A program made the position numbers and the translations under genes. The notes below the pieces were generated by a model. The model worked only from the letters and a program-made list of their open reading frames with translations, had not been told where the DNA came from and did not search any database. A stretch of 64,000 nt of DNA, taken from positions 50,222,001-50,286,000 of the forward strand of contig NC_045696.1 in the NCBI RefSeq assembly GCF_009834535.1. The letters are read 5' to 3'. The stretch is from Camelus ferus. Lineage: Eukaryota. This document shows, one piece after another, positions 50,735-64,000 of this stretch (positions are counted from its first letter, which is position 1; every line of letters begins with the position of its first letter).

Positions 50735-53145
50735 CTGAAAGAAAAAAGGAAAGTCGTAGAATTCGTTAAGTCCTCCTTCCAAAGACTGGACGTCTGAAAG
50801 TTAAAATTTTCTAAGTTTAAAAAGAACATAGACCATAACCTGATCAGGTAAAATAATTCATTTTTAAGTTTTTCTATTAAAAAAGTATTTAAATACTTAT
50901 AAAACCTTGAAAAAGACCAAGTGCAGATTTTAGGATTAACAGCAGGGTCAGCTGTGGTTTTGTTTTGTTTTTGTAGGTTAAAATAGAAGAATTCGCTCTT
51001 TAAACTGGGATTCTCACTCTGTCAAATGACAAAACAAAAATAAAGCAATTGGAGCTTTAAAATATCTGAGATGATCTAAGCTCATTAGTGTCCCCCTCCA
51101 AAAAAAAAGTCATGCCTGAAGTTGTAACAGTTAACATGGGGAGAATTTTTAACTTTCTCTCAGAAGAAAGACCATAGACCCCGGCCATCGTGATTGTTTA
51201 AGAAATCGTTCAGGCTTTTTCAAACAAAAGGCTCTGGGTTTAAAGGACAGGTTCTTATCACTTATTTAAAAGACTCAAAGGGGTAGCACTCAGGCAGGCA
51301 CGGCTTGCTTCCCACCCTCAGCTAAAGTTTCAGGAAAGGAGAGAAAGTCATGCCTTGGTAGCTTGTTGGAATTCTTTTGAAGACGCAGCGCACGTGAGGG
51401 GATTCAGAAGAAAGAACACAGGAGGACAAGGGGGCTGTCGATTCATCCTGTCAAGGTTGCATGGTTTAGACAAAATCCCAGCCTAGTCACACTAATAGCT
51501 TGGAACCAATAAATATGAATGTTGATGGTGCTGATTGTCCAGGGCAGAAAACTGAAAGCAGCCATGGGAGGCTCTTTTAAGGAAAAGCTGAAATCCAGGC
51601 AAAATGCTATTCCAAAAAATTGTTATGGCCTTTACTCTTCTCCCAGAGAAGGGAAGCATTTCTGTTCTACATTTAATTTTTCCTGGAAAACATGACTTGC
51701 TCACATTTCCTGTCTATCACAAAAGAGTTTGACTGAGGTTCTGTGTTGCAGATACACAGAATGAAACCCCACCTAATAGCTGCTGCAAAGATGTCTTTAG
51801 AAAATGATTAACAAACCATAATTTTATTTATATTCTTATAGTGGAGAGTCATTAAATTCTTTAAGAACTTCTGTCTTATACAGAACTGTTGGTAGCTATG
51901 AATAATTTAAATTATGCTTAAGAATACTGGCACAACCAAATCTTACATATGTTGATATAAAGTCATAAAGCATTAACCTTGACAATAGGGGTGTAAATAA
52001 AAATTCACAAATTTTCTAATTGTTCTTACTGTTATGAGCTTGTTTTCTGCCTTCTTTTGAGTTATTATTTCACATCTTAAAACTGAAATGTATTTATAAT
52101 TTACAGTACTGGGTCATAGCAAGGGCCCAGGCTCTGTTAATGCTTTTTAAAACTTATACCACCACCCCACCTTTTATAAATCAAGCACAGTTTTATAACT
52201 AATAAATGATTCTTCTTCCTGATAGAAGTATCAAAATAATACATTCACCTATGTTCCAAATATGAATTTGTTAATCTGTGGCCCCTAGCTACTTCACTCT
52301 CCCTGCCCCATGGCTCTTTCAAAATTCTTCCTCTGCGGAGGTGTATCTTAAATGAGATTCAGTGGTGATTTCCACTTTTGAAACTGCCATTATCTCTTTG
52401 GTCCACCATTGAACTTAGTAGTAAGTTCCCAATATTATGCATTTCCTTTTTATATGTCCATATTCAAAATGATGTTAGCTCTTTCAGGCCAGTGGGATTA
52501 CAATGTTTGGTAAAGAAAGCATACATTAGTTTTCAAAACATTGAGCAGTTCACTACAAGTAGCGATAATAATAATAAACTGCAGTTCTCTTTGACCTGCT
52601 TGTCTTAAAACATAAGGTTCTGTTTACCAGGTCCTACTGTCTTTTTGGTGCCCAATTAGAGATCAAAATCCTTTCTAGGAGAATGGCAGTATGTGCTTCA
52701 GTTCCTACATTAACTTCCAAAGCCATTCCTGTTTTACAAAAGATGTTTAATCTATGGAGAAGGACTCAGTGTTGACACCTAAGTATGACCTAAGTGAAGA
52801 ATGATACCTGAGTTTTATGATCTTGAGGCAAATTTTTAAAAGATAAACAAGAAGACACATGATACAGATCACTGCAAGTGAAGCAGCAGGTATTTTCAAA
52901 CACTTCAGTAAAGAATCTGAGGGGGCAGAATATTGAGGGAGAAAAAAAAAAAAAAAACCAGACCCCAGTTGACTAGGGCTCCAGTCTGAAAGCAACTTTA
53001 TACCCAGTATAATTGAGTAAGTGTCTGGGAATCTCCAGTCTGGGCTGGGGAGTATTTGGATGACCTAAGCTGCTCTGTTCCATTTTAGAATTGACCAGGA
53101 AGAGACTGGTGTGGGAGGGCAGTGATGACGAGGCTGCCAGCTCAC

Positions 53146-53249
53146 CAAAATTGCATGCCTGACCACTGAGGGCAGAGAGCTGCTGTGAATAGGCCCAGTC
53201 TTCATCATTAGGAGCAGAGATCACCAGCAACCGCCTCCTCCATCGGAAC
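53146..53249 (-). CDS. CCDC80: CCDC80 exon (RFRWRRRLLVISAPNDEDWAYSQQLSALSGQACNF), start of the third DUF4174-type repeat
   Basis: 104 nt, CCAG acceptor and GTGAGC donor. Confidence 0.96.
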
Positions 53250-55899
53250 CTGGAAGAGAAGCAGAAGCTGCAATTACTGCTTCAAATAATAGAGGCCAGT
53301 GTGGAAAAGCAGAGTAACTTTGGCTGTCATTTTCTTTCTTGCACCCAGAATAAAAAACTGTGACCCTTAGAAATATTCCATAGTTCCTCAAAGCCCAATA
53401 TTAAACTGTATCACCACCTTTCTTGCATTTTTTCTCTTGTAACTTCACCATCTGCCCACTGTGGCATTTGCATGATGCGTCAGGCATGAGTCTGCTCACC
53501 ATCCCTGATGAGGTCACCGAGGGGGAGACGAAGTTCTCAGATACAGTGAAAAATGGCCAATATTGGATGTTAAATGGTAGCCACAAAAATAAGGGAATTA
53601 GAAGACAACCGGAAAAAACTCAAGTTCTGGTGGAGTCCCTAGGGTTTGGGGGAGGGGTACTTAAGAAATGAATATATGGATAGGAAACAGCACAGGAAAA
53701 AAAAAAAAAACCTGATAAATTTTAAGTAGGTGACAGTGACAAGAAGAAGGAAAATGGGAAAGTGTCTCAAAGGGTTAAGGAGGGTTCCTGGAAAAACAAG
53801 GCCCTACGTAACTTCCTCAATAGCCAGTGGTTCTCCCAGGAGCAAATGCTCGGTCTAAAATATACGCTCACCTCACAGCAAGAACCACCATTCACAGAGC
53901 ACCCCTATGAAGTAGAATGGGGCTAAAACTTGAGCCATAGGATCTTAGAATGTATAGTAACCTTGTTTCTGCTCTCACAGCTCCCGCACAGCAGGGCAGT
54001 AGAAAGAGCTTTTGCCTTATAGCAGGGAAAGTTGGTCCATGTTTTGTCACTGCTTCTTTTGGGGTTCCTTGAGCATGTCACTCAATTTATCTAAGTTTTC
54101 CCTTAGCTCTAGAGCCAAAAAGTACATCTACTTCAAGGAGGTGTTATAAGAATTAAACTCTAAAACCCATCACTGTAATTTATCCATGTGATGGCATGGA
54201 TATAGATCATGTTTAAACCTGCAGGCTTCTAGATTGAGAACTCTGTCCTACAAATGGATAAAGTCCATTAACATTTGTCTACTAACAGACCTTGGACATT
54301 ATCTATCATGATGCCATGCGGTAACCAATTTAATCCTTATGTTTGTGTATCATTTTATAGCTCACATTCATCTATACAATATGCATTCCTGCTCACTAGA
54401 GTTCAAGGAGGGCTTGACTTAATTTCCCCATTTTACAGATAACAAAATGAGGCTCAGATAAGGGAGGCAACTTGACTAAGTTGAGTAAATCTAATAGATG
54501 GGACCAAAGTACAGATTTCTCTGACTCCTGGGCCAGTGCTTTCCTTCATCCACTACTTGCAGAGGTGCTGATTCTTGGCTGGTGCTGTCAGGGTCCCTAA
54601 GAGGGTAGGAAGGAGAGAGGGGTTGCATCCAAGAGGCAAGTGAGTATAGCTGTTTCAAGTTCCACCCTCGCTGAAGAAGGGGTTTTGCTTTCTGCCTTTC
54701 GTGCTGGTGACTGCGGGATGTTAGTGCGCTCACTGAGCTGGAAGCCAGTCGATTTTATTCACGGCTTCCCTCCCTGTGCCCCTTCTAGCCTCAGAGTGAA
54801 CATGAAGAGTTTTCAGTCCCAAAGAAAATGGCCTCTTGGGGGAATAGTGGTTTGGGTGAATGAGAGAAAATGATAGTCTGATGAAATCCAACCTCTGAAT
54901 GGACGCCTGTAGCAAGGCTCGCCAAGAATTGCTTGCTGTGACATTACGTTCACTTCCTCTGCTTGTTTTTCTTCAAAGGGAAAGAAAAACGAAAATCCCC
55001 ACTGAGGATAGGAAGATGAATGTGTTTGGCACAAAGGAGGGAAGAGGAGGGTCTGAGACTGTCCGAGGCTTCGTGGGAAAGGGAACAGTGACTGCTGTCG
55101 GATCACAAAAAACAGTCTCCCGCACTTTCCCTGCTTCCTTAGGAGGCATGCCAGACCAGCGCTGGCCCCGCAGCCCGCACCCAAGCCAGGCCAGCCTTTC
55201 TGGCCCCACGCAGAGCTGCAGGGGATCTTGGAGGGAGCTATTTTGGGTGAGGTATATTTTGGCCTGTTTATCTACGCACCACTGAATACTGTCAGGTTGG
55301 AGAGGGATGGAAACTGAGGCTCCCTGTCACAGACACAGCCAAGAGAAGGTCATTTCCCCTAAGTAATATTCTGTGTCCCACAGACCTTCACATTAAGATA
55401 CAAGTCAGCATGAAAGGAGCTAACCTCTGTGGGAAGTAACAAGAGGTGTGACTGTGGCCCCAGATCCTTATTTTGGACAAATTGTTTTTCTGTTACTTTA
55501 GCTTGTCAGTAAATAAAAATTCCACAAGCTAGGCATGTGTTTGCTTCTCTTAACTGGCATTCCCAAATTACTGTGCATTTGCCCAGTCTTTGGGGCTTCT
55601 GTCTCAGAGAAAGGTAATTATAGCCTGAACCAGATCAGTGTCGCTAAAGACCAGACCGGCTTCAGAGTCTGGTCAGCTGAAACCAGGCTGTACATTCAGC
55701 AAATTTCAAGGAAAATTCCCATTTGGCTACTAGTTTATTTATAGAACTGTTATTTTAAAAAAAATTCTTTTCAGTTCTCTTATCCTGGGTTTCGATTCTG
55801 AAGGTGTTAATCTCCTCCTGTCTCTTTTGATGACATCTCCTCCTGTCTCTCTTTTGATGACAAAAGTTCTCTAAGACCTGAATAACTGGCCTTTGTACT

Positions 55900-56130
55900 A
55901 ATAGCCAGTATTTATTGATTACTTCTTTGTGCTAAATTCTGGGCCATCATTACCTTTAGTACTGAATTTACCTTTTATAACAATCTTAAGACTGAATAAA
56001 CTTACTAGCCCCATTTTGCAAATGAAAAAACTAAAGCGCAAAGAGATCAAGCAATTAGCCCAAGGTCACACAGCTAATACGTGGAGAAACCAGGAATCCA
56101 GTTCAGGGCTGCCTTGCTCGTGCCTGTAAG
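55900..56130 (-). mobile_element. MIR SINE (approximate ends)
   Basis: ccccattttgcaaatgaaaaaactaaagcgcaaagagatcaagcaattagcccaaggtcacacagcta. Confidence 0.75.
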
Positions 56131-58106
56131 TAATATGTTGTTTCAGTTTAATTTTTAAGATCAGAGATCATTACCAGCTCAATGATTTCATGAGTTGTGA
56201 CCACAAGTCAGAACAGCCATAGGACATCTAAATTACAGTTACATGCCACTCTGGATAGTCATTAAGAATGTATGCTCCTGAAATAGCAATGAATATAAGA
56301 GCCCATAAGGCTCTTACATTAGATGGAAAAATATATTTATATATCAAAGGGCCCTATCCAGTTCAAAAGACTTTAGATGCAAAATATGTATCATGTCTGA
56401 AGGATCAAAGAAAATACAAATTCAAATCAGTGAGCAACCTGAATAAGCACTGCAAGCTCTGTGAGTGAACAGAAGTGAGATCATGTCAGCTTTCCCTTTC
56501 AAGTTCTGAAGCCCATGACACTGTGGTAATAAAAAGACACTCTGCCTGGAAATAGTGAGAATAATCCCTCAGAATGTCTGTACTTGCAGGTCTCATGGCT
56601 GGCCCCAATCCTTGGTTATAAATAATATCAATGAACTGGATGGTAACGGTCTGCTTTAGAGACAGGGTAATCTGAGTTTAACGGGTTGGTTCAGTAGGTA
56701 TGCATCTTTTTAGTCCGGGAAGGTTGAGAATTAAGGAGAAGTTTGCAAAGAATCGAAATCATAGTAATAACACACATTTTGAAGAAGGATACTGGTTTTC
56801 TTTATATAATTTATGTTCTTGTGAAACTTAAAACTTGCTTTAATAAAATGACAGCCTTGAGACTCCAAATTAGAATGTATAATTAACTGGTTTAGATGTA
56901 TGGTTTTGAGTTGAAATCTTACTAAGTATATGCAGTTATTGAAATATCTGAGAAAACTTTAGATTCACTGTATTTACAAGATTAATTTATTAAACTTACG
57001 GATCATTTAAGTACCCAGAAAAGTTTTGCTTGTTTATTTCAAGCAACCGAAAGAAACGTATTAAATGAAAAATGGCTATTTGGCATAATGATATTTAATT
57101 ACTGAGTCTGTAAGTGAGATCAAACATTATTCAAAGCCCCTTAAAAGTGAGAGCTAAAATTTTCTAGGTTACATATAGAATAATAAAATTTTAAAGCCTA
57201 ACTTAAAGGTTTAAGAGAAAACTAAGGTCTTGAATTTATAACTTGGATGTATTTAACACTAATTATTAAAATCAAAAGTAAACATCTAAAGAATCTTTTC
57301 TGCTTGGAAAAAAAAGGAGAGAAAAGTAAAAGAAGTGAAGAGGAGGAAAGGGGTGGGGAGGGAAAGGAGGGGAAGAAGGAACCCCAAGGGCAACAGGCTC
57401 TTATCATCGATAGTCTACATCACTGTTGTCAGAGGGACGGCCTTGCATTAGAAGTCGGTTTTTCGTGCCCCAGGACTGGAGAAGGTGCAATCTGCCCAGA
57501 AGCACCCTAGAGCCCTTTCTCAGTCAAGAGCATGGCCTTCAGTCTTCAAGGAGGCATGTACCTTTCATCTCCACTCCAGATCCTGCACTGCACTGAAAAT
57601 TTGGATGAAGGAAGAACTTCAGTTCCTTTCCGCTCTGAAATCCTGTGATTTGGGGGTATCTCTCTTCACTTCAAACTCTGGGCCTCTGGGTTCCCACTAA
57701 AAATAATTCACGTTATATTTTCAAAAAGAGTGTTAGATAAGAATGTAGACTTTGGGACCCAGATTATCCCAGGACCACTAAGTTCCAGAACTGACACCAG
57801 CTCAGTGACGACAGAAAGTTATTTAATCTCCATTAGCCTCACCTATCTTGTCTGCAACACAACAGGAGCTGCAGTATTTAGATCACGGGATTGTTGTGAA
57901 GATTAAACTCAGGAGGGAAGATGAAGTGGTTGGCACAGAGGTGAACTCACAAAAGATGATTACAGCAGCCTTGGGATGGAGGTAAGGCTACTCTCTACCC
58001 CTATTCTCAGGGGTGAGAGATTTTTAAAGCAAGTTAGTTGAGAAGCACAGAGGGAACATACCTAGGAAATTGCAAACTGAAAACTTGGGTGAATGGTAAG
58101 TCCTAA

Positions 58107-58759
58107 TGAAACAGGAAGAAAGGGGACAGGGCACAGCCATTCAAAGAATGACAGCAATTAACACCAAAAAATGATGGAAGATTCAACTCCCAGTAGGGCT
58201 TGAGGCTCCAGATGGGAGACTTGACTTCTAGTATATCTTGAGTTTCATTATATGCTCATTGTAATACATCAACGTGGTAAATGACACTCCCACAGGCGCC
58301 ATGACAGCTTCGAGGTTGACCATAAAAGGTCAAAGAGTGGGCGGTGGCCCAGTTCCTGGGAATCCCAGTCCCTTCCCCAGGGTAGTTGGAATGGTCCTCC
58401 CACTTATTGGCATGTGAAGCTACTATAAAAACTGGCAACATTGTGCCTGGCAGCCTCTCTCGCTCCCTTGTCTTTGGAGATGGCCTGCACTCTGTCTATG
58501 GAGTGTGTGCCTACTTTTACTTTAACCTGAGCATCCAACCCCAACACCGCGTGGCCTTTCTCTTGCCTTCTGAAACAGCCTACACTCTATGTAGTATGTA
58601 TCTCTCTAAATAAATCTATCTTTACTCTGTTGTAGCTGGCTCTTAAATTCTTTCCTGCGCAAAGCCAAAGACCCATACTTGGCGAGGCACATCCCATGGA
58701 CTCACTTGGGACCTAGGACATGGCCCTCCTCTCGCCCCATGCTCATTTTTCCGATATCA
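58107..58759 (+). mobile_element. MER41-like ERV1 solo LTR, apparently complete, antisense within a CCDC80 intron
   Basis: TGAAAC...ATATCA termini, flanks CTAA/CTAT, TATAAAA at 58424, AATAAA at 58609, MER41-type cccacaggcgccatgacag and aattctttcctgcgcaaagccaa motifs. Confidence 0.85.
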
Positions 58760-59544
58760 CTATGCTCTTTACACATTATGATGTTATCTCCTAAGAGACC
58801 CAAGCCTCCCGAATCTAGAGGAATTCAGATTATCTGTTTACTAAAATCATGGAATTCTTGACATTGGGGGTGAAATTTCTGCAGCTTTGTACTTCCTAAG
58901 GTCCCAAAGATTTGTAGAATTTTCATCCAACATGGGGGATAGGACGGAGAAGGGAAGAAGTAGGGTGATTTTTTTTTTCTTTTTCTTGTGTGTATGTACC
59001 AAAGTTTCCCTACAGTGGTTTTCAACAAACCACACTCCCCAAGGAATCAGGGACCTGAGTCAAGAGAATTTCTCCTCTTCAGGACTTAGTGGAGCTTTTG
59101 TTGGTCTCTGCAGTTGGAAGGAAGCAGAAAATCAAGCACAGTGTTCCAAATTCTGTTTGGAACTAGAAGGGACCTAATAAATATATGAAAAAAAAATACT
59201 GTATATAAAGCCTTCCAAATTGACTGGCTGAAAAAATTAACCCTCACAAGAGGTCAGAATTCTGTGTCTGTGCCAAAAAAGGAACAGAAAAGGGAGAGAA
59301 GACCTATCCAAAGCTACCAAATCAACAATCCAGCCTGGAGCTGACCCCAGCCAGCCATGCAACTAGAGCCACTTCCAACAGGACCAGACTAAGCCAAGTG
59401 GCCAGAGTGCCCGGAAGCAGACAGACCTCTCATCAGGGAAGCTGACTCGGCACACATTTGTCTGCTCTGAGTTTCTGGGGGTTCTCATTAGCTCACTCAA
59501 AACACACTCCTGCCTGCCTCCTGGAGGTCTCCAAAGTGATGTAC

Positions 59545-59693
59545 CTGGACAGGAAGTTCTCCAGTGACTGCTTCTTGTCTTCTTTGCAAACAATGCCTTC
59601 CTTCTTCTGCTTTTCCATGTCTTTGATTCGGGACTGGAAAGTATCGATCAAATCGAACACAGACTTCATTGCTATAGGCACCTCATAATATTG
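59545..59693 (-). CDS. CCDC80: CCDC80 exon (QYYEVPIAMKSVFDLIDTFQSRIKDMEKQKKEGIVCKEDKKQSLENFLSR)
   Basis: 149 nt, CAACAG acceptor and GTACAT donor. Confidence 0.96.
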
Positions 59694-60614
59694 CTGTTGA
59701 GGAATAAATAGAAAGTATAATATATAAAGGTGTTTCTTCCCTCGGCCCAGAGGATAGGGAGCTTGGGGGAATTCAGGTGAGCTCCAGGGAAGCCAGAGCC
59801 TAGAGGGCTCACTGATTTACAAACTCTCTCCTGCAACAGTACCTCCGCTGATGTTTTGAGTTCTGAATCCATTAAACAACTGCCTTTCCCTTCCATGAGG
59901 ATTTCTTCTTAACTTCACTCTTTTTATTGGAAAAGGTTTATGCCTTCCTCACCACACATGTCCTCGGCTCACTTTCCTACCTCTGAGACTAAGCCGGTTC
60001 CTGATCACTACACAACCGGAGAGAAAGTGAGCAGCAGTGTACCTAGCACAAGAGACTAATGAAATAACACATTAGAGTATCCGACCTGAACAACAGGGGC
60101 TTGTTCTGTGGTGATCAGGAATCTACGTAAACACTCTGTGATTCCCAGAGACTATTTTATTGAATAAGCATCACTTAAAATTAGATCCTATTTGCTTATG
60201 TATTCTCAGTAAAAATCTGGGATCAGACTTAAGGATAATGAAATCCAGTTTCCTGGATCAAAGCTGTCTGGACTTAACAACAGTAACCTGAGATGGATTT
60301 GGGGGCTGGCTGAGCATAATCAGCATAATCTAGAGAGAGAAGCCTGGACATGGCTTAGAGCTATGCCCTCAATGGGAATTTAGTTAAGTCATCAAATGTG
60401 AAAGCTGGCAGAGACCTTAGGGATCATCTAGTCCAACCTCTCACATTAAAGGTGCCACAACACAACCGTGGAATCAGTTGGTGAAGGGAAATCTCTTCAG
60501 GTTCAGAAAAATACTGCAGGTTGAATCAGCTAGTCCAACAGGCCAGGCAGCCTTTTTCCTATGGATTTTCATGTAAGCACAGCATACTATCATGCTTGGT
60601 ATGTAGTATTCGTG

Positions 60615-60838
60615 GTGTATTACAATGGTTAAAACAGTGGGCTTTGGAGCCAAGCTGCATGGGTATGAAGTCCAGCATTAACTGGGAAAGTTGCTTAACT
60701 ACTCTGAGTCTCTGTTTGTCCTCTGTGAAACAAAGATAATAATTGTTATTTATCTTAGAGGTTTGAGATAAGGATTGTAAATATTTGAGGTGAGTGCCTG
60801 GTCTAAGGAAAGCACTCAATAAAGTTAGTTATTATTGT
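60615..60838 (+). mobile_element. MIR SINE, near full length
   Basis: tggttaaaacagtgggctttggagcca...gtgcctgg...aagcactcaataaa. Confidence 0.75.
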
Positions 60839-61299
60839 TACAACTACATGGCACAGTTTTTCATGGTTCAGAATCTTTGTCCCTATCATAGGAAGAAAGT
60901 AGGTGTAAAACCCTGCTATATTGTCCATGTTGGATCTGGAGATTATCTTCAAGACCCTTCCAAAGGAGGCCTATCTGGCTTTCCTGAAAACAGAAGCCAA
61001 ACACTCTTCACCTTTTATTCCCAGGGCCTGGTACATCACAGCTATTCAATAAGTGTCTGATGAATGCATGACATTGATGTTACAGAAGAATTTAGTTTCA
61101 GCCAAGTTGCTGGACCGTAGGGAGTAATCCAACCCAATATTTTCCATAGACCACATGTCTACACACAAATGCTACAGAACAGTGTAGACTATTTGGAAAA
61201 TAATTTGTGCTTACTCATATGTCTAATAGAGTCATTGACAAAAAGATGAGTTGCTCTTCTAAGGAGTGAGACCGCATCATCCGAAACAGGAACCCATAC

Positions 61300-61436
61300 C
61301 TTGACTCTCAGGTCCACATCCGTGAGCACCATGAAGAAGTCATTATAGGTCATTCCATACTCCTTCCTCAGCTCGCTGATGAGATGCTGGTCTACCAAGT
61401 CCTCATCATCCACCACACGCATAGGTTTTTCATTAT
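61300..61436 (-). CDS. CCDC80: CCDC80 exon (DNEKPMRVVDDEDLVDQHLISELRKEYGMTYNDFFMVLTDVDLRVK); upstream exons lie beyond the right edge
   Basis: 137 nt, TAAG acceptor and GTATGG donor. Confidence 0.96.
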
Positions 61437-62699
61437 CTTAAGGCAAATGAAATGTGAATAAATATGGGTGTGAAAAAATAGAAATCAGTGGGAAATGAAG
61501 GAGTGGAGGCTCTGAGCTTTCATCCCAGTTAATTAGAACAGTTTTCGTTAGTTGCACATATTGACTAACATTTTGTTTGAACAAAAGTTTACAAATGAAT
61601 CAATAAGTATAGAAACAAATGAATAAATGAACTCATTTTGAAAGTCACTCTTCCAAAGACAATCAACCCTAGTTCTGCCCACCCTGGTCTTGTGAATCAG
61701 AAGGAGCAACGTGGGAGTTAGGCTGCTGAGTCATCCCTGGAAGAAAACAGCCAGCTCATCCTGGGAATGAGCCACCACCCTAACCCACCAGGGAACCAGA
61801 CCCAGATACTTTGGTTAAGTTTTATTTCATTTTAAAATTTATTTTAGCATGAATTATTTATTTGGTTAAGTCTAAAATCTGTGCCTGTTCCTCCTTTTTC
61901 TTATAGAATCACTTTGGGACTCAGTGAAGTATGTATGCCGTTGCTATAGAGAGAAATAAAAAGGTCCATGTTCAAATCTGGTCAATGTGGCACCAAAAAA
62001 AAGTCAAGCTACTCAAAATACAAATGTTGTAAGTGAATACAATTTCAAGCAAAGAGTTACTGAATTTATGGAAGTTTTTAATGTTATGTATTCTTTCAAA
62101 TATCAAGGCCTGAAAATAAAGTATTATAATTCTGAATGGTCCCTGAAGATATCACTGGGTTAATGCAAAGCATGAACATGGTAACTACCATATCTGGAAA
62201 GCTTTTTTGGAAATGATAGGACAGCTTTATTTACTTCTTCCCTCCAATACAGGTCACAGTGTTTCCTTCAACCCTACTACAATTTTTGACTGCAAAGTAA
62301 TCCCCTGTATGTTTCAAAAATGTGCAAAAGTTAAAATTAGAAAATATGTGATAATAGATCTATTACAGAAGGAAATCCACCAGTCATCATCAACATTGCT
62401 GCTCAGCGAATAGCACTGCAGTAGAAACATCCACAACCTGCAGATACAGAGGTTACACAGCTTGAGTACCACAGAATATGACTTTTTTATTGATAAAAAG
62501 GGGGCAGTTACAACTTAACTATTACTCTGGATAATTTGATTAGGATTGTTGAAAGAATATGAACAAGGAGCTTGATTCTCTCAAACAGATCAGAATGAGG
62601 GGGAAGAATCTGTTTTCTTCTCCCGAATCATAACAGTTCTTCATGGACGTGGCCAAAGGCATGAAGAGCATATATGTGACGACCAAGTATTATCTGCAA

Positions 62700-63085
62700 A
62701 ATAAATATTGATATGCCATATACACATAAACTATTTTAAATGTACATTTTTTGCTGTCATTAATGAAATATAAATTAATTTAAAAGAATTACTAGATTCA
62801 TGCTGTTGGTTTTGTTCAGTATATCTCATTGAATAAAAACAGCAATTTGCAGAATAAAATGCATTTTATGACTCTAGTCTTGGTTAAAAGAAAATAAAGC
62901 AAAAGAAAATACGTCCATACGGGAAAATGCATAGAAAAAAGTCCAGGACATACAGCTGATAACAATGGCTGCCTCTGGGGAGTGGGAAGAGGTGAGGTGG
63001 AAACTTTCACTGTTTACTCCATGTAAGTCTACATTATTTAAATCTTAACAAGGAGTATATTTTACTTTGTAGTTAATAATAATAC
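62700..63085 (+). mobile_element. L1ME-type 3' end (approximate ends)
   Basis: atgcatagaaaaaagtccagga...ctgataacaatggctgcctctggggagtggg. Confidence 0.6.
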
Positions 63086-63405
63086 AGGAAATCATTAAAA
63101 AACTGATTTGTAAATATCCTTAACAACTAATATTCTGATTCTGACTTTACAAATCAGATTTTATCTCAAACTTAGAATTGCTATTTTCAATTCTTAACAT
63201 ACATTCATTTTTGCTTTTGTTCATTCAACAAAATATTTGCTGAATATTGTCCTAAGCTGATTCTGTGCTGGGTGCTGGATTTAGAGATAAGTAACGTGGA
63301 CAGAGTTCAAGTTCCTAATTACAGTCGGAATTAGACATTAACATCTACCTAACAGGTAAAGACACAAAAACCATTGAACGGCTGAGATAAGAGGAAATTG
63401 GAGAT

Positions 63406-63967
63406 TGTAGTAGATTTCAGAAATGGTCCCGATTCTCCACCCTTGCCTGTGTTTACACTCTGCCCAGTAACTGCACCTCCCTGTTATGGCAGATGGGTTG
63501 AACTGTCCTGCCTTTTGATTCTGAGCCCATCTATACTGCTTTCCTTGGCCAGGGTTCGCCAATGTTTGAAAAAGTGACACAAACAGAAGCCAGAAATGGG
63601 CCGGTACATGTACGATTACTCTTGCCTCTGCCATGGCCGTGAGACTACGTCCATACCAGCCTTCTGAAGGATAAGTCAAGCCAAGTGACTCTGGTGTCCT
63701 CCCAGCCGGGGCTACCCCAGGTTAACCAACAGCCAGTTGACCCCTAACATATGTGCAGGCCCAGCCAAGATCAGCAGAAGTACCTAGCCCACAGACAGCT
63801 GACTGCAAACACGCGAGCAAGCCTAGCCAAGCCAAGCCTAGCCAAGCCAAGCCCGGATCGGCTGAACTTTTCAGACTTGTGACTAAGTGAATGTTTAATG
63901 TCATATGCCACTGAGGTGTGTGGGTCTTTATTACATAGCCTTCTAGTGGCAATAGATAACTGACACA
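63406..63967 (+). mobile_element. MLT1 (MaLR, MLT1F/G-like) solo LTR with an internal (GCCAA/GCCTA)n expansion
   Basis: Starts tgtagtagatttcagaaatggtccc; ends gccactgag...ttacatagc...gcaatagataactgacaca. Confidence 0.8.
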
Positions 63968-64000
63968 GACACCATCTGTCCCAACCCAGTCACATAATTG

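Noticed and set aside
54813..55285. Overlapping 78-128 aa ORFs in a CCDC80 intron
   Set aside because: No splice or homology support; moderately GC-rich intron that is at most regulatory
1..64000. CRISPR arrays, operons, rRNA or other prokaryote-type systems; snoRNA or miRNA genes
   Set aside because: The window is intron-rich mammalian DNA with no repeat-spacer array; I could not support any small-RNA gene by eye, and an Rfam/Infernal scan would be needed to exclude one

Overview
Mammalian (eutherian) genomic DNA containing the conserved ATG3 - SLC35A5 - CCDC80 block. Coding exons 1-7 of ATG3 lie on the minus strand (18032 down to 1687; the gene continues past the left edge). ATG3 is head-to-head across a CpG island with the complete SLC35A5 gene on the plus strand (non-coding exon 1, then six coding exons 19547-36707, 425 or 426 aa). 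The last five exons of CCDC80 lie on the minus strand (61436 down to 49231; its 5' part is past the right edge). All coding exon boundaries were read from GT/AG sites and give continuous reading frames. The rest is intronic or intergenic DNA with L1, L2, MIR, LTR and DNA-transposon relics. A tRNA-Ala-derived SINE resembling camelid Vic-1, and the absence of recognisable Alu, Bov-tA or PRE1 elements, suggest a camelid. I found no convincing new gene or system. The best leads are regulatory: a bidirectional promoter with tandem CLEAR-type E-boxes, uORFs in both leaders, a NAGNAG acceptor, a consensus CTCF site, a MER41-like solo LTR with immune-factor motifs, and nested transposon insertions. 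Gene and repeat-family names come from my recall of consensus sequences, not from a database search.
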